Part shown: positions 1 through 9,933 of the stretch, piece by piece
Position numbering within the stretch: the stretch's first letter is position 1
How the letters are laid out: every line of letters begins with the position of its first letter
Source: Pseudomonadota bacterium
GTDB lineage: Bacteria; Desulfobacterota; QYQD01; JAZDGK01
Length of the DNA stretch: 49,283 nt
Assembly: GCA_043806955.1 (NCBI GenBank)
Contig: JAZDGK010000257.1
Location: forward strand, 1 to 49,283
Direction: 5' to 3'
The notes under the pieces: generated by a model
Seen by the model: the letters and a program-made list of their open reading frames with translations, nothing else
What the model was told of the DNA's origin: nothing
Database searches by the model: none
Program-made: the position numbers and the translations under genes

Positions 1-140
1 GCCTCTTGCAAAATGTTCAATTTTGGCCAAGGTCAAGGAAGGCGAAGATTTTAACCGGAGGAATACTGGACGTATTTTGAGGATTAAAATCTGAGCCTGA
101 CGCAGAGATTGGGCAAAAGAGGACGTTTTGCAAGAGGCTC
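1..140. mobile_element. MITE-like inverted-repeat element (family A), left end at window edge
   Basis: Ends GCCTCTTGCAAAA / TTTTGCAAGAGGC are inverted; the interior (CAAGGTCAAGGAAGGCGA...GAGCCTGACGCA..GATTGGGCAAAA) recurs at 42536..42772; non-coding. Confidence 0.7.
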
Positions 141-247
141 TATAGACTTCCAGATAAAGTTTTTGGGTGCGTTATCGGTCGGGGATGTACGAACAGGTAC
201 TATCCCCTCCCTGCTGCCTTCCCAAAAACATTATCTGAAAGTCTATA
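141..247. mobile_element. 107-bp MITE-like element (family B)
   Basis: TIRs TATAGACTT(C/T)CAGATAA; near-identical reverse-complement copies at 22703..22809 and 5458..5725, partial copy at ~12005..12048. Confidence 0.8.
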
Positions 248-278
248 AATGGGACGCCTTTCGGTGAACGGTGAACGG

Positions 279-1337
279 TCAACGGTGAACGTTTAGGGCT
301 TTTTCGATTGTTCCTCCGCCGAGCACGATGTCTCCGTCATACAGTACAACTGATTGACCCGGTGTTACCGCCTCGTGGTCTTCGTCGAAGACTATTCTGA
401 GCTTATCTCCTTCGGGGAAAACGCGACAGGGAAACTCACTTTGTCTGTATCTCGTTTTGGCATGGGCCGTTGAGGGCCATGTTCCTGCGAGGTTGTTCAA
501 GTCTCCGGCCATGAGCCCGGCGGCACGCAGGTCTTTCTTCTCACCCACAATAATCGTGTTTAGGAAGGCATCTATAGAGAGTACGTAGAGGGGATGCTTG
601 TGAGGCACGCCTAAACCGCCCCTCTGACCGACAGTATAATGGATGATGCCCTTATGCTGCCCGAGGATGTTTCCATCAAGGTCAACGATAGGGCCTGTTT
701 TCACTCCGGAGATTCTCTGCAGAATGAAAGCTCGAAATTCGTCCTGCTGCAAAAAGCAAAGGTCCTGGCTCTCGGGCCTTTCCGCGATCGGCAGCTTTTC
801 CCGTCTTGCAATCTCTCGCACCTCTTCCTTCGTGAGGCGCGCCAAAGGAAAGAGTATGGAGTTGAGTTTGTCGCCGGGGATGCGGTAAAGGAAATATGTC
901 TGATCCTTATTTCTGTCCCTGGGCTTTGCCAGAAGGTATCTTGACCCAGTCCTTTCGGTTTGGGCATAGTGGCCGGTGGCAAAAAAATCAAAGCCAAGAG
1001 AAAGCGCCCTTTCGAGAAGGACCCCGAACTTGAGAAAGCGGTTGCAGTCTACACAGGGGTTCGGTGTCCTTCCGATCGAGTACTCTGTTGCGAATTTCTT
1101 AATCACCAAGTCCTCGATTTCTCTCGAAAGGTTAATAATCTGATGAGGCATTCCGAGGAAGCCGCATATTCCGGCGGCGTCGCCTGCCGGAGTTAAACCC
1201 GACCTTGAGGGTTTATTTGCAGCCCCAGGAAACTCCATTGTAATTCCGGTTACGTCATAACCTTCTTTTCTGAGCAAATATGCGGCAACCGAAGAATCAA
1301 TTCCGCCGCTCATAGCTATCAGGACTCTTGTCTTCAT
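279..1337 (-). CDS. mnmA: tRNA 2-thiouridine(34) synthase MnmA
   Basis: AMSGGIDSS PP-loop, TPNPCVDCN, ATGHYA, KDQTYFL, ESQDLCF, TPGQSVVLY motifs; start taken at MKTRVL. Confidence 0.96.
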   Translation of the reverse strand: MKTRVLIAMSGGIDSSVAAYLLRKEGYDVTGITMEFPGAANKPSRSGLTPAGDAAGICGFLGMPHQIINLSREIEDLVIKKFATEYSIGRTPNPCVDCNRFLKFGVLLERALSLGFDFFATGHYAQTERTGSRYLLAKPRDRNKDQTYFLYRIPGDKLNSILFPLARLTKEEVREIARREKLPIAERPESQDLCFLQQDEFRAFILQRISGVKTGPIVDLDGNILGQHKGIIHYTVGQRGGLGVPHKHPLYVLSIDAFLNTIIVGEKKDLRAAGLMAGDLNNLAGTWPSTAHAKTRYRQSEFPCRVFPEGDKLRIVFDEDHEAVTPGQSVVLYDGDIVLGGGTIEKALNVHR

Positions 1338-1374
1338 ACTTTCATTAAACAGCAAGACTCATCACCGTCAACAA

Positions 1375-1496
1375 AAAGAAGTGAAAAGTAAAACGTGAAG
1401 TGTGAAGAGTGAAGAGTTAGAGTCGGTAAAGAGTGAAAAGCCTCTTTACTTTTCAACTTTTACCTTTTACTTTTCACTTGTTTTTACTTTTCACTT
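1375..1496. repeat. Inverted pair of degenerate heptamer tracts (GTGAAAA / TTTTCAC)
   Basis: AAGTGAAAAGTAAAACGTGAAG... followed by ...TTTTCAACTTTTACCTTTTACTTTTCAC, between divergent mnmA and terC. Confidence 0.65.
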
Positions 1497-1516
1497 GTTG
1501 CTGCCGGAGGTTGGGA

Positions 1517-2338
1517 ATGGAATGGCTTTTAGATCCGGAGGCTTGGATCGTCTTCGCGACCTTGACTGCAGTTGAGATCGTTCTGGGTATAGACAATATA
1601 GTTTTCATATCCATCCTGGCCGGCAAGTTACCCTCTAATCTACAGCCCAGGGCCCGGATGATCGGACTTACACTGGCCATGGTTACACGAATTCTCCTGC
1701 TCCTTTCCCTTTTGTGGTTCATGGGCATTACCAGGCCTCTTTTCTCTATTGCGAATCTGGATGTCTCGGTTCGGGACCTGATACTCGTTGCCGGGGGCTT
1801 GTTTTTGCTCGGCAAGAGCACCGTAGAAGTCCACGACAAACTGGAGGGGATGGAGGGAAGATCTTCGGAAAGAGCTGCCTGCGGCTTCACAGCGGTCATT
1901 ATGCAAATTGCCCTGCTCGATATTGTTTTTTCACTCGATTCGGTAATAACCGCAATCGGTCTTGCTAACCAGATCGGCATCATGATGCTCGCGATAGTCT
2001 TTGCCGTCATATTCATGCTGTTCTGTTCCAAAACGGTGAGTGACTTTATAGAGCGCCACCCGACGGTCCAGATGCTTGCTCTGAGTTTCCTGCTCCTGAT
2101 CGGTTTGACCCTTGTAGCCGACGGCTGCCACATGCACATTCCAAAGGGGTATATCTACTTTGCCATGGCCTTTTCCGTTTTTGTGGAAATGCTGAATACG
2201 AGGATCAGAAAAAGAACGGAGATGCCGCTGAGACTGAGGAAGGCATATCTTTCGAATCCCCCGGAAGAGCCAAGTCTTCAAGAAACGGGAGAAAACGGGG
2301 AACGGCAGCGACTCCAAAGCAGCCTTGGTGACCGCTGA
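1517..2338 (+). CDS. TerC family integral membrane protein
   Basis: EIVLGIDNIVFISIL, DIVFSLDSVITAIG, HIPKGYIYFAMAFS motifs; GGAGG RBS at 1506-1510 before ATG 1517. Confidence 0.93.
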   Translation: MEWLLDPEAWIVFATLTAVEIVLGIDNIVFISILAGKLPSNLQPRARMIGLTLAMVTRILLLLSLLWFMGITRPLFSIANLDVSVRDLILVAGGLFLLGKSTVEVHDKLEGMEGRSSERAACGFTAVIMQIALLDIVFSLDSVITAIGLANQIGIMMLAIVFAVIFMLFCSKTVSDFIERHPTVQMLALSFLLLIGLTLVADGCHMHIPKGYIYFAMAFSVFVEMLNTRIRKRTEMPLRLRKAYLSNPPEEPSLQETGENGERQRLQSSLGDR

Positions 2339-2339
2339 A

Positions 2340-2523
2340 AGCCTGTCGGACTTAGGGATGATCTACTGCGGAAGTGGGGGGAACGGCCCAAATATCCCCG
2401 AAGTTTCGTTGCATAGCAACACTATGCGCCTCAACTTCGTGAATATTCGGTCTCGTTCCTCCGCTTTCTCGTGACGATCCCTTCGGCCTGTGCGTGCACG
2501 CAGACAGGCAAGTCCGACAGGCT
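2340..2523. mobile_element. MITE-like element (family C)
   Basis: TIR AGCCTGTCGGACTT / AAGTCCGACAGGCT with a folded interior; related copies at 3187, 33116, 33513, ~46200-46272 and ~47905-47980. Confidence 0.75.
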
Positions 2524-2901
2524 CTTGGGCAACAATTCCTGCGCGGTACTCACTCTCCGTTCGGAAACCAAAGAAACTTCGGACGAACAGCCCGTGCCTT
2601 CCCGTGTCGGAGGGTATTTCGCGTATGATTCGCGTTGTTCTGCGATGAAATTGGTCAAAGGACCGAAAGAGAAATCGAGAGCCCATTCCAGAATGAAAGT
2701 ACGGTGATCACGCATTAAATGGCAAGTCGAGCAAACAACTACCAGATTTTTCGTTGCATTTCTTCTTAGAATAGTGTCAAATATAAAGATTAAATAGTGA
2801 AAGCCTCCGTCTGGATTTGCCTGCTGCAAAGGCTGCCATGGCCAATGCAGTTTTTTTTTACCCGGCCGGATGTCTGGATACAGAGAAAGGAGGTGGAATG
2901 G

Positions 2902-3102
2902 GTGGCTAAAGGTTATGTGAAATGGTTCAATGAAACCAAAGGATTTGGATTTATCGCTCAGCAGGACGGATCAGATGTTTTTGTACATTTTTCGGCCATT
3001 GAAGGCGATGGATTTAAGACGCTGAAGGAAGGCCAGGAGGTCGTTTTCGACGTCGTCGAAGGCAAGAAGGGCTTCCAGGCCGTGAACGTTATTCCCGCCT
3101 AA
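2902..3102 (+). CDS. Cold-shock protein (CspA family), 66 aa
   Basis: [13 protein letters not shown] (RNP1) and DVFVHFSAI (RNP2); AAGGAGG RBS before GTG 2902. Confidence 0.96.
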   Translation: MAKGYVKWFNETKGFGFIAQQDGSDVFVHFSAIEGDGFKTLKEGQEVVFDVVEGKKGFQAVNVIPA

Positions 3103-3186
3103 AAGGGAGAGTATGCCAACAGGAAACCGATCCTCGTTGGAGGATCGGCGTTCCATGCATTTGCAGTCTCGGAGCAAATGTTGAAT

Positions 3187-3248
3187 CTAGGAGCCTGCCG
3201 GACTTAGGATGATCTACCGCGATCCCCCTAAGTCCGACAGACTCCTAG
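3187..3248. mobile_element. Internally deleted family C MITE / hairpin
   Basis: CTAGGAGCCTGCCGGACTTAGG ... CCTAAGTCCGACAGACTCCTAG, with CTAG at both ends. Confidence 0.7.
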
Positions 3249-3278
3249 ACGGCCAGTCTGAGCATTGGAGCAAAAACG

Positions 3279-3491
3279 ATGGCACAAAAATCTGGGGCTA
3301 GCTTTCAGAAACGCGAGAAGGAGAGAAAGCGGCAAGAGAAACAAAGGATGAAGAGGGATCGCCGGATCGAAGCGAAGAAGGACAAAATTGACGGAAAGTC
3401 TCGGACGGAAGAGGAAGGTGGGGACACTGCCTACCTTGCACCTGACCTTGAAGACGCGCCCCCAAAGGCTGATGAAGAACCGAGTGAATAG
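3279..3491 (+). CDS. Small highly charged hypothetical protein (basic N-terminus, acidic C-terminus)
   Basis: 70-aa ORF with GGAG RBS, FQKREKERKRQEKQRMKRDRR helix; lies between csp and the helicase. Confidence 0.7.
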   Translation: MAQKSGASFQKREKERKRQEKQRMKRDRRIEAKKDKIDGKSRTEEEGGDTAYLAPDLEDAPPKADEEPSE

Positions 3492-3899
3492 ACCGTAATT
3501 GGTGGTCAGGGCTTGCGAACTCTGGAACGACCATCGGGAGAGAATGGTTGGCAACTTTCCAGAAAAGAGTGTATGATGCCTTGACCTCGACTGGGGTAGG
3601 ATGTTTCCTGAATAGACTTTTGAGATTTCCTGCCATTTTCATCGATTACTGACTCTGCTCTCAGCAATCCCCTAAATTGCAGTGGCACAACCGGTTGGAG
3701 ACGACGATGCATTTGTATCAGTCTTGGCAGTGCTGCTGCCGTATTCGCAATCCGATTGATAATTGCCTGCGGCCTTGAACATAACCAGTAAGCGTATTCT
3801 TCGCTGCTTGCTGCATTGAGGCTGGCCGGACGGTTTGCCGTTCGGCATCGGCTGAGGTACAAGATTGTGCCTCGGAACTCAAAATGAAAGGAATTAATT

Positions 3900-5252
3900 A
3901 TGTCTTTTGAAGATTTACAGTTGGTTACACCGATAATGAAAGCCCTGTTGGAATGCGGCCACACAGCCCCAACAGAAATTCAGGCCCAGGCCATTCCCAA
4001 GATTCTGGCCGGTAGTGATTTGATCGCCTCCGCCCAGACCGGCACGGGTAAGACTGCAGCGTTTTTGCTGCCGATCCTGCAACGCCTGAGCGCTGCCGGC
4101 TCCGGGAGCAAACGCGGCCCGCGAGCGCTGGTGCTTACGCCGACCCGTGAATTGGCGGAGCAGGTCGCGCAAGCTGCCCGGGTTTACGGCAAATACCTGG
4201 GTGTGAGAGGCGCCTGCATTGTAGGTGGAATGCCGTATCAGGAACAGCGCAGAGCATTGTCGAAAGCGCCCGATCTGATCATAGCAACCCCGGGACGTCT
4301 CCTGGATTACCTGGAACGAGGATCCATTAATCTGTCAGGCCTGATAGTGCTGGTATTGGATGAGGCGGACAGAATGCTTGACATGGGGTTCATAGAGGAT
4401 GTCGAGAGAATTGCCGCTGCTTCGGGAGCGGGACGCCAGACACTCTTGTTCGCGGCAACATTCGACAGGGCTGTGGCCAAATTGGCAGAGCGTATTTTGA
4501 GGAATCCGGAGCGTGTTGAGGTGACGGGTGTAAAAACAACCCATGAGCTTACGGAACAGCGCTTGCACATGGCTGACAACCTCGAACATAAGCACCGGCT
4601 GCTGCGGCATCTTGCTGCGGATCGCAGTCTGACCAAGGTGATCATATTTTCAGCCACGAAAAGGGACGCCGAGAGTCTTGCGCAAGAGCTTCGTTCCCAG
4701 GGTCATGCTGCGGCAGCGCTGCACGGCGACATGAACCAGAGCGCGCGAAACCGCACCATGAACAGCATGCGGCATGGCAGGATCAGGCTGCTTGTTGCAA
4801 CGGATGTTGCTTCAAGAGGCATCGATGTGGCCGGCATCAGTCATATCATTAATTTTGATTTACCGAGAAGCGCCGAGGATTATGTACATCGAATAGGCCG
4901 CACCGGCAGGGCCGGGGCTTCGGGTATCGCCATATCTTTTGTGCTGTCGAGGGAATTCGATGAGCTCTCACGTATCGAGAAATACATAGGGGAGACTCTG
5001 TCGGAATCCGTAATCCCCGGGCTTGAGCCCGAACGATCCTTATCTCTAATGAGAAGAAACAACCGGGGATGGCGGCAGCCGTATCACGAAAGTGGGCGAA
5101 GCAGGTTGCATCAGGGCGAATTCGACCGGAAACGCAATAGACTGACCGCCGGAGACTCCGGGAAGAGGGGATGGGGCTCGGACGGAGAGTCGAAAAAGGT
5201 GATTGTTGAATACCGGAATGGAAGATCAAGCCGGACAAAATGGATAAGCTGA
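3900..5252 (+). CDS. rhlE: DEAD-box RNA helicase (RhlE-like)
   Basis: Q motif, AQTGTGKT, PTRELA, TPGRL, DEAD, HRIGRTGRAG; motif III reads AAT; basic C-terminal tail. Confidence 0.9.
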   Translation: MSFEDLQLVTPIMKALLECGHTAPTEIQAQAIPKILAGSDLIASAQTGTGKTAAFLLPILQRLSAAGSGSKRGPRALVLTPTRELAEQVAQAARVYGKYLGVRGACIVGGMPYQEQRRALSKAPDLIIATPGRLLDYLERGSINLSGLIVLVLDEADRMLDMGFIEDVERIAAASGAGRQTLLFAATFDRAVAKLAERILRNPERVEVTGVKTTHELTEQRLHMADNLEHKHRLLRHLAADRSLTKVIIFSATKRDAESLAQELRSQGHAAAALHGDMNQSARNRTMNSMRHGRIRLLVATDVASRGIDVAGISHIINFDLPRSAEDYVHRIGRTGRAGASGIAISFVLSREFDELSRIEKYIGETLSESVIPGLEPERSLSLMRRNNRGWRQPYHESGRSRLHQGEFDRKRNRLTAGDSGKRGWGSDGESKKVIVEYRNGRSSRTKWIS

Positions 5253-5267
5253 TGATCAACAACTTAT

Positions 5268-5453
5268 GGATTCCCACTTTCGTGGGAATGACAAATGACG
5301 GCCTCGTAAAAAGTCGTCACTCCGGTGAAAACCGGAGTCCAGAGCTGCGGCAACTACTTGAATAGACCGGATTCCCGCTGGAGTTTACCCCGTACTTGAT
5401 ACGGGGCTGGAATGACAAGAAGTAGTACTTTCCGACTTCTTACGAGTTCATCA
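5268..5453. repeat. Cluster of REP-like hairpins, most inside an inverted-repeat element
   Basis: GGATTCCCACTTTCGTGGGAATGAC; TGACGGCCTCGTAAAAAGTC...GACTTCTTACGAGTTCATCA enclosing GTCACTCCGGTGAAAACCGGAGTCCAG; related hairpins at ~12048-12128 and ~44540-44626. Confidence 0.65.
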
Positions 5454-5457
5454 CAAA

Positions 5458-5725
5458 TATAGACTTTCAGATAATGTTTTTGGGAAGGCAGCAGGGAGGG
5501 GATAGTACCTGTTCGTACACCCCCGACCAATAAGGGTCTGTCACGGAATAACTTGAGCATTCTGAGCGCCGATCCATCCCGTCCGGCTGCGTTGCTCGTC
5601 GGTTGCATACTCACAGTATGCGCCCTCCTCGCGCCTTGCCAGACGGGCGCCTCAGCACGCAGAATTGCGCAACTTATTCCGTGACAGACCCTAACGCACC
5701 CAAAAGCTTTATCTGGAAGTCTATA
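5458..5725. mobile_element. Family B MITE interrupted by a nested element
   Basis: Equals the 107-bp copy at 22703..22809 plus a 161-bp insert. Confidence 0.85.
5534..5691. mobile_element. 158-bp MITE with TAA target-site duplication
   Basis: Perfect 18-bp TIR GGGTCTGTCACGGAATAA; TAA at 5531-5533 and 5692-5694. Confidence 0.9.
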
Positions 5726-6072
5726 TCAGGCGCATTCTATTAAAAAACTATACCACGATTCTCATAAAGTCAAGGGTGCCGGCGTAACCGTTCGCCGTTG
5801 ACCATTTTCCGTTCACCCTTTTAACCTACCCAACTTCTCACCTTCTCACCTTCCATCCTTTTCGCATTCCGCAATTGATGCACCCCACGCAGTATTTTTT
5901 GTACAAGGGACCAAGATGGAAAAACCCCGATCAATTCTGGCAGGATTGAAACGTACGCAACTGGATCAGCCAATAACCATCCCCTCCAGCCGCAAAAGCG
6001 ATTGCCCTTTGCAAATAATTGTGCTATAGGGAGCTATCCTTATGATGTGGATTTCTCGCAATTAAACCGGCT

Positions 6073-7341
6073 GTGAATTCTCCCCAGAGCGCAAGTTCAG
6101 AATCTTTCCGCTTGGACGATCTTCCTGACTTTCTCGATCAACTGGATCGGGCAGGTATTGCTGCTTTCTTCGTGGAAGACGGCCGGTGCAGGAGCGTAAA
6201 CAACTCGTTCTGCATTCTGTTCCAAATAGAATCTGCAGGCAAAGCGATCGGCGCCAGAATGACTGATTTCCTGCCCGATACATCTTCGTCGCAGAACTTG
6301 ACATCATTCTGCACCCAACCCTCCCCGGTATCCGAAAGGCCGTTTCGTCTGGAAATACAATTCGCGTCCATAGCAGGGAGAACGGGTGCGTACCTGGGTG
6401 TGATTAAGCATCCGTCCATAAATCTACTCAAAAAAAGGACCATGCCGGCCGGCGCTGCGTCACCTGAGTTCTCATCGAGTTCCTCCGGCGACAGTTTCGG
6501 CCCTTGCGCCATGGAAGGATTCGAAGATCTCGCCGCATGGATAAAAAGAGAATCGGATCTAAACCTTGACTATTACAAGTCCAGAACCGTTGTGCGCCGT
6601 ATCGAAAAGCGCTTGCTGGAGACAGGATGCAAAAATTGCCATGACTACTTGAATCTCCTGAAGAACAGTGCGGGCGAAAAGCGAAACCTGACTGAGTATC
6701 TGACAGTCGGGTTCACGGAGTTTTTCAGGGACGTCAAGGTTTTTGGCTTCTTGAAGGAGAGAATCTTTCCCGAAATTATTAACGGCAGGAAGTGTGCCGG
6801 CTCCGAATGCAACGGCCGCGATGCCCGAAAAGACGACATAAGGATCTGGTCCGCGGGAACGGCCAGTGGAGAAGAGGCTTATTCTGTGGCCGCTCTTGCG
6901 CTTGGCGCCTCTTCGGGCACGAGTCTGTTGCCCGTAGTATTTGCGACCGATGTCAGCGAAAACAAGATAAATATAGCGCGCAAGGGTGTGTACAGTTCAG
7001 AAAAGAGCTGGGGGATTCCCGCCGAGATGAGAAACCTTTATTTCTCATCAACTTCCAAGCTTTCCTTCAAAGTGTCCGATGCCATCAGGCGTCTATGCGT
7101 CTTTGGGCGCCATAACCTGATTGCGGATCCCCCTTACGGAAACATGGACCTGGTGCTTTGCCGGAACGTAATGATTTATTTCACGCCAAAACTTCAAGAG
7201 CAGATCACAGCAAACTTGATGTGGTCCTTGATCCCCGGCGGCTATCTGGTGCTCGGAAGCTCTGAATCGCTGCCGGGATCCGCAATGGGTAAATTTGAAG
7301 TAGTCGAGTCGGAATTGCACATTTATCGGAAACGCAGATAA
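6073..7341 (+). CDS. cheR: CheR-type protein-glutamate O-methyltransferase with N-terminal extension (possibly PAS-like)
   Basis: YKSRTVVRRIEKR, TEFFRD, IRIWSAGTASGEEAYS, DLVLCRNVMIYF, GGYLVLGSSES; start uncertain. Confidence 0.88.
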   Translation: MNSPQSASSESFRLDDLPDFLDQLDRAGIAAFFVEDGRCRSVNNSFCILFQIESAGKAIGARMTDFLPDTSSSQNLTSFCTQPSPVSERPFRLEIQFASIAGRTGAYLGVIKHPSINLLKKRTMPAGAASPEFSSSSSGDSFGPCAMEGFEDLAAWIKRESDLNLDYYKSRTVVRRIEKRLLETGCKNCHDYLNLLKNSAGEKRNLTEYLTVGFTEFFRDVKVFGFLKERIFPEIINGRKCAGSECNGRDARKDDIRIWSAGTASGEEAYSVAALALGASSGTSLLPVVFATDVSENKINIARKGVYSSEKSWGIPAEMRNLYFSSTSKLSFKVSDAIRRLCVFGRHNLIADPPYGNMDLVLCRNVMIYFTPKLQEQITANLMWSLIPGGYLVLGSSESLPGSAMGKFEVVESELHIYRKRR

Positions 7342-7353
7342 GGAGCGTAGTTC

Positions 7354-9723
7354 ATGGGTGTCAACGGGGCTGCACGCGTAATGATTATCAACGCTTACGA
7401 GAAAGCGATGGATAAGATCGCAGAGTATTGGAAAACTGAAATAGAACCCGTAATCGGCGGGAGTTTTGAAGAATCCACCGGGCTGAAACCGCTGTTTTAT
7501 GATCTCTGGCATTTTCCACCGGAATCCACCCATAATTTCTTAAGAGAACTGACTCGCGATGTTCAGCAGTGGCCCAAAATTTCTGAGGCCGTTGTAGCTA
7601 TATCTACAAATATCTTAATCCCGCAGATTCTGGAAGAATGTCGAGACAGAACCGATCCGGCAAAGTGCATGGAGTTGTTCCATCATAGTCTTTCGCAGAC
7701 TGTGGCCGAGATTACAAGGGCTTCCATTCTGGAACTCAATACTACACTGCGTCAGTTCCAGGAAGAACACCAGTCCACTGTTGAAGAGATCCGTTCCATG
7801 AATGAAGAGCTTCGCACGGCAAATGAGGAAATTAGAGCTTCTCTTGATGAAGTGCGACAGTTCAAAGACAGATTGGAACTGATGACCAATCAGGCGAGTG
7901 ATGCCATACTCGTTGTCGATGCTTCAAGCTATCAAATTACTGAGGCAAATCGTAAAGCCGAAGAAATATTTGGCTGGTCGCGCAGTGACATGATAGGCAG
8001 CTCACTGGTGCGACTCTGCCCGGCATCCCACCTTCGGCTTCTTTTTGAACGTTTAGATAAATTGGGGCGCGGCGGGCAAATCCGTTTTGATGACGTACCC
8101 TTTATCTCCAGAGATGAAAGGGAATTTCCGGTAAGTGCAAGTATCGCACGGGTCCAGACGGACGAAGAGAGCGTATATTTTATGATCCTGAGGGATATCC
8201 TTGCACGCAAGCAGACAGAAGAAGCGCTGGTTCGTGCCAAAGAGGACTGGGAAAACACATTTGATGCCATAACCGATCTGGTTATGCTCCTGGACAACGA
8301 ACACACCATAGTCCGTGTAAACAAAGCGGCAGCAGAAGCCCTGGCCGCGACAAAAGAGGACCTGATCGGGAGAAAATGCTACGAGATCATACATGAGACC
8401 AGCCGTCCGATCAAACAATGTCCCCTCACTGTAACCATAAATAAGATGAAACCCCATACACGTGAAATCACCATCCCGATGATTGGAGGGACATTTATAT
8501 GCGCCACGGCCCCCATGATCGATCGTGAAGGGAAGACAGTGGGATTTACCCATACTCTCAAGGATATTACCAAATCAAAACAGCTTGAGCTCTCCTTTCA
8601 TCAGGCAATGAGGATGGAATCCATAGCAACTCTGGCCGGAGGCATTGCTCATGACTTCAATAATCTCCTGATGGGCATCCAGGGATATACATCTTTAATG
8701 ATGAACTCACTTCCGCCCACTCATAACCACTACGACATGCTCAAGAGGATTGAGGCCTCGGTGACCAGCGGTGCGGAATTGACAAAACAACTCCTGGGTT
8801 TTGCCAGAAAAGGCAAATATGATGTGAAGCCGGTCAGCCTCAATGAAATTATCAGGAAAAGTCTGGCCATATTCGGACGCGCCAGAAAAGAGATAATTAT
8901 TGGAGAAAAGTACAGAGAAGACCTGTGGGCGATTGAAGGTGACCAGGGTCAGATAGAACAGGTGCTCTTAAACTTGTACGTGAATGCCTGGCAGGCCATG
9001 CCGGCGGGCGGCGAACTCCATTTGGAAACCGACAATCTGGTTGTAACGGAAGACGTTATCAGTCCTCTGAATCTAGACTCCGGCAAATACGTTCGCGTCT
9101 CTGTAGCCGATACCGGTATCGGCATGGATGAAAAGACCCAGCAGAGAATCTTTGACCCGTTCTTTACGACGAAAGAGATGGGGCGGGGCACGGGACTCGG
9201 ACTGGCATCTGCATATGGCATCATCAAGAACCACGGTGGCATTATTACCGTCAAGAGCAGAGTCGGTTATGGTACCGTGTTCACCATATATCTGCCCGCC
9301 TCGGACAAAGAAATAACCCCGGATATTCCTCCGGGAAAGGCAGAAATGGAAAAAGGCAGTGAAACCATTCTGTTGATTGACGATCAACAGATCGTCCTCG
9401 AGGTCGGAAAGGAACTTCTGGACGCTCTGGGATACAATGCAATTCTGGCGCGATCGGGTCACGAGGCCGTCGAAGTCTATAAACAGAGGATAAACGAGAT
9501 AGACCTGGTGATCATTGATATGATTATGCCCGGCATGGATGGCGGGGAGACTTACGATGTCTTGAAACGTTTGAACCCCGGGATAAAAACGATTCTTTCG
9601 ACAGGTTACAGCATCGATGGAGATGCTGCAGAGATTATGAAACAAGGGGTAAACGCCTTTATCCAGAAGCCGTTCAGCATGAAAGACCTCGCGAACAAGA
9701 TAAGGGAGGTGCTGGATAAGTGA
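7354..9723 (+). CDS. Cytoplasmic hybrid sensor histidine kinase (coiled coil-PAS-PAS-HisKA-HATPase-REC)
   Basis: H-box AGGIAHDFNNLL, N-box, DTGIGM, GTGLGL, receiver LIDD...IDMIMPGMDG...KPF; no obvious TM segment. Confidence 0.94.
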   Translation: MGVNGAARVMIINAYEKAMDKIAEYWKTEIEPVIGGSFEESTGLKPLFYDLWHFPPESTHNFLRELTRDVQQWPKISEAVVAISTNILIPQILEECRDRTDPAKCMELFHHSLSQTVAEITRASILELNTTLRQFQEEHQSTVEEIRSMNEELRTANEEIRASLDEVRQFKDRLELMTNQASDAILVVDASSYQITEANRKAEEIFGWSRSDMIGSSLVRLCPASHLRLLFERLDKLGRGGQIRFDDVPFISRDEREFPVSASIARVQTDEESVYFMILRDILARKQTEEALVRAKEDWENTFDAITDLVMLLDNEHTIVRVNKAAAEALAATKEDLIGRKCYEIIHETSRPIKQCPLTVTINKMKPHTREITIPMIGGTFICATAPMIDREGKTVGFTHTLKDITKSKQLELSFHQAMRMESIATLAGGIAHDFNNLLMGIQGYTSLMMNSLPPTHNHYDMLKRIEASVTSGAELTKQLLGFARKGKYDVKPVSLNEIIRKSLAIFGRARKEIIIGEKYREDLWAIEGDQGQIEQVLLNLYVNAWQAMPAGGELHLETDNLVVTEDVISPLNLDSGKYVRVSVADTGIGMDEKTQQRIFDPFFTTKEMGRGTGLGLASAYGIIKNHGGIITVKSRVGYGTVFTIYLPASDKEITPDIPPGKAEMEKGSETILLIDDQQIVLEVGKELLDALGYNAILARSGHEAVEVYKQRINEIDLVIIDMIMPGMDGGETYDVLKRLNPGIKTILSTGYSIDGDAAEIMKQGVNAFIQKPFSMKDLANKIREVLDK

Positions 9724-9915
9724 GTTGCGAGTTTCGGGTTTCGGGTTACGAGTCGCGTGTCAAAAGCTTCGATTTAACTGGTTTGTTTAGTTTGTTTGGT
9801 TTGTTTCGTTTGTTTCGTTTCCCAATTCACTCCCGTATACAACCCGCAACTCCTCAGCACTCAATACTCAGCACTCATCACTCTCTTCTCAATCCGCAAT
9901 CCGCAATCCGAAATC
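9723..9915. repeat. Composite short-tandem-repeat tract
   Basis: GGTTTCG, TTTGTTTGG, CAGCACT and AATCCGC units around a core TTCACTCCCGTATACAACCCGCAACTCCTC that recurs at ~21521-21640, ~24608-24697 and ~31535-31628. Confidence 0.75.
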
Positions 9916-9933
9916 AGGACGCCCGCAACTCGA

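Noticed and set aside
2431-2829. Possible small minus-strand gene between terC and csp
   Set aside because: It has no recognisable motif and its 3' part runs into a MITE, so it cannot be supported.
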